NCBI GenBank assembly: GCA_963793305.1
Contig: CAWBZV010000001.1
Coordinates: 1-18,487 of the forward strand
DNA: 18,487 nt
Direction: 5' to 3'
Source: an uncultured Gemmatimonadales bacterium
GTDB taxonomy: Bacteria > Gemmatimonadota > Gemmatimonadetes > Gemmatimonadales > Gemmatimonadaceae
Shown: positions 16,328 to 18,487 of the stretch, piece after piece
How the letters are laid out: the number at the start of each line of letters is the position of its first letter
Position numbering within the stretch: position 1 is the stretch's first letter
Program-made: the position numbers and the translations under genes
The notes under the pieces: generated by a model
Databases searched by the model: none
The model's input: only the letters and a program-made list of their open reading frames with translations
Told to the model about the DNA's origin: nothing

Positions 16328-17714
16328 CCACGACCGAACGGGTGCTCGCCTACCTCCAGGCGAACCATGATCGCATCCTCGGCGAGCTGATCGAGTTCGC
16401 CGCCATCCCGAGCGTGAGCACCGATCCGGTGCACGCCGCGGACGTGAGAGCGGCGGCGCGGTGGGTCGCCGACGCCCTTGCGTCTGCCGGACCGTTCGCG
16501 GTGCGCACGATTCCGACGGCCGGCAACCCCGTCGTTTACGCCGAGTGGCTCGGCGCGCCTGGCAAGCCGACGGTGCTCGTGTACGGACACTATGACGTTG
16601 CAGCCGGCCGACCCGTTGGAGCAATGGCAGAGTCCACCGTGGACGCCGGCGGTGCGCAACGGGCGACTCTACGCGCGCGGCGTATCCGACGACAAGGCGC
16701 CGATGCTGATCCCGATCAGGGTTGCCGAGGCGTTCTTCGCGGTGACGGGTGGCCTGCCGATCAACGTCAAATGCCTGTTCGAGGGCGAAGAAGAGATCGG
16801 CAGCCCCAGTCTCGACGCATTCATTCGGGAGAACAAAGAACTACTGGCCGCCGACGTCGTGCTGTCGGCGGACGGCGCGATGTGGCGCATCGATGAGCCG
16901 TCGCTCACGGTGGCCAGTCGAGGACTCGTGGGGCTCGAGTTCACCCTGACCGGCGCATCCAAGGATCTGCACTCGGGCCGCCACGGGGGTGGCGTCGCCA
17001 ACCCGTTGCATGCGATGGCGCGGCTGATCGCGTCGCTACATGACGCGGACGGCCGCGTCGCCGTCGCCGGCTTCTATGACAGGGTGCGCGAGCTCACGCC
17101 GTGGAGCGCGCCGCGATCGCGGCGCTGCCATTCGACGAAGGCGCGTACCTCGCGCAGGTCGGCGCGCCATCGCCGTTCGGCGAGCCCGGGTACACGACGC
17201 TCGAGCGCCAGTGGACGCGGCCGACGATCGAGGTCAACGGCATGTGGGGCGGGTACGAGGGGCCCGGCCAGAAGACGGTGATCCCGAGCGAGGCCCACGC
17301 CAAGATCACCTGCCGTCTAGTGCCGGACCAGGATCCGGCCGAGGTGGTCGCGCTCGTCACGCGCCACCTCGAGGCCCACGTGCCGCCGGGCACGCGGCTG
17401 TCGATCGTTCCCGGCGATTGAGGCTCGCGCCCGGCCCACATCGGGCGGATCACTTTGCGCTGAAGGCGGCGGATGCCGCGCTACGCGCGGTCTATGGCGT
17501 GCGGCCATTGATCGTCCGCATGGGCGGCACGGTGCCGATCACCGAGCTGTTCGAGCGCCACATGGGACTGGACACGGTCTTCTTCTCCTTCTCCACGGCC
17601 GACGAGGACTACCACGCGCCGAACGAGTTCTTTCGCGTCCACCGCCTGCACGAAGGGCTCGAGGCGTGGGCGCGGTACTGGGAGATGCTCGGGTCGCCAG
17701 CGGCAGAGCGGTAA
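16324..17714 (+). CDS. M20 family dipeptidase/amidohydrolase, interrupted in this sequence by three frameshifts and one in-frame TGA
   Basis: GTGA overlap start. Motifs IPSVS, YGHYDV/QP, ARGVSDDK, FEGEEEIGS, DLHSG, GGTVPI and HAPNE are spread across frames. Breaks at ~16598, ~17099, 17419-17421 (TGA) and ~17443-17445. Confidence 0.85.
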
Positions 17715-17794
17715 GCAGCCGTCCATGTCAGAAACGTGCCGCCTCATGTCACGAATGTGCCCTGTCGTGACCCACCCTTCCTTCCGAACTTTGC

Positions 17795-18487
17795 ATGATG
17801 AGCCGCCCGCCTCATCATCGCGCTCTCCGCCGCTCTCTGGGTTGGTGCGCCACGCGCGCTGGCCGCGCAACTCGCGGTGGCAACGCACGGCGTCAATCTC
17901 CGACCGAACCACTCGAGCCACAATGCGCCGCTGCGTGCGATCGATGAAGGTGACACGCTCGCCCTCGTCGCGCCCGACACGACGAACGGGTACCTCCACG
18001 TTCGCGTCAGAGCCAATGGCACCGAGGGCTGGGTCTACAATCACTACGTCGAGATTGTCGGTGCGTCGAACCCCGCCGTCTCAGGTCCCCCGACGCCTGC
18101 GGGCGCGACCGCCACGGTGACGACCGCTCCGGCGAACTACCACGGGTGTCCGGCTGTCGGCCGGAACAATTCCGGGAACACGCCGGCCGAATCGGTACGA
18201 GCGCTCAATCGGTTGAAGAATCGCTATGTCGCGCCAACCGCGTCCGACATCGATCCGGCGATCACTTTGGAGGCGCTCCTGGCTCCCGGCAATGACGAAG
18301 GGCGCTTCGACCCGAGTAAGGGCGCGGAGCTCGTAGGGGTGGTGACGGAACGTCATCGTCGGTGGCAAAGAGACGACCAACTGCGAAGCGACCGATCCCA
18401 CGTACCGTGACACCCACATTCGGATCGCGCGTACGGCTGACGCGCCGGAAACCCAGCGCGTCGTGATCGAAGTGACGCCACGGTGGC
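17795..18487 (+). CDS. Secreted SH3-domain protein with an uncharacterised C-terminal domain; two apparent frameshifts; truncated by the window end
   Basis: Removing one C at 17806-17808 gives signal peptide MMSRRLIIALSAALWVGAPRALAAQ. SH3b-like VNLRP...GDTL...NGYLHV...EGWVYNHYV follows, then a Pro/Thr linker. Removing one G at 18347-18348 continues the frame as NVIVGGKETTNCEATDPTYRDTHIRI...VVIEVTPRW. Confidence 0.7.

Noticed and set aside
17419..17421. In-frame TGA in the M20 gene as selenocysteine or programmed readthrough
   Set aside because: Not at a catalytic Cys position, no evident SECIS, and surrounded by other apparent errors.

Overview
High-GC bacterial DNA; the gene repertoire suggests Gemmatimonadota or a similar lineage, but that is inference only. 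About 19 densely packed protein genes; no RNA genes, CRISPR arrays or transposases were seen. Left to right: (1) a translationally coupled pair on the minus strand, a DUF6036/AbiEii-like nucleotidyltransferase plus an uncharacterised partner with a C-terminal winged helix, a candidate toxin-antitoxin or defence module; (2) a lipoprotein with tandem PPC-like domains; (3) a BlaI-family repressor and an M56 (BlaR1-type) protease fused to a DUF4097-like repeat, divergent from a PLP decarboxylase and a subclass B3 metallo-beta-lactamase with a QxHxDH motif; (4) an AraC-linked cluster that starts with a 47-aa CxxC...CCxxC protein missed by the ORF track, then a PEP-mutase/ICL-fold enzyme, a beta-barrel, a possible small membrane protein and an alpha/beta hydrolase lacking the usual His; (5) a secreted LolA-like protein; (6) a CocE/NonD lipoprotein whose start codon overlaps head-to-head with a creatininase / ketopantoate-reductase-like / SDR / M20 dipeptidase operon; (7) a truncated secreted SH3-domain protein. 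Six transcription units show a -10-like hexamer exactly 6 nt before the ATG, which suggests leaderless mRNAs. Seven single-base frameshifts at short runs and one in-frame stop look like long-read or assembly errors rather than pseudogenes.
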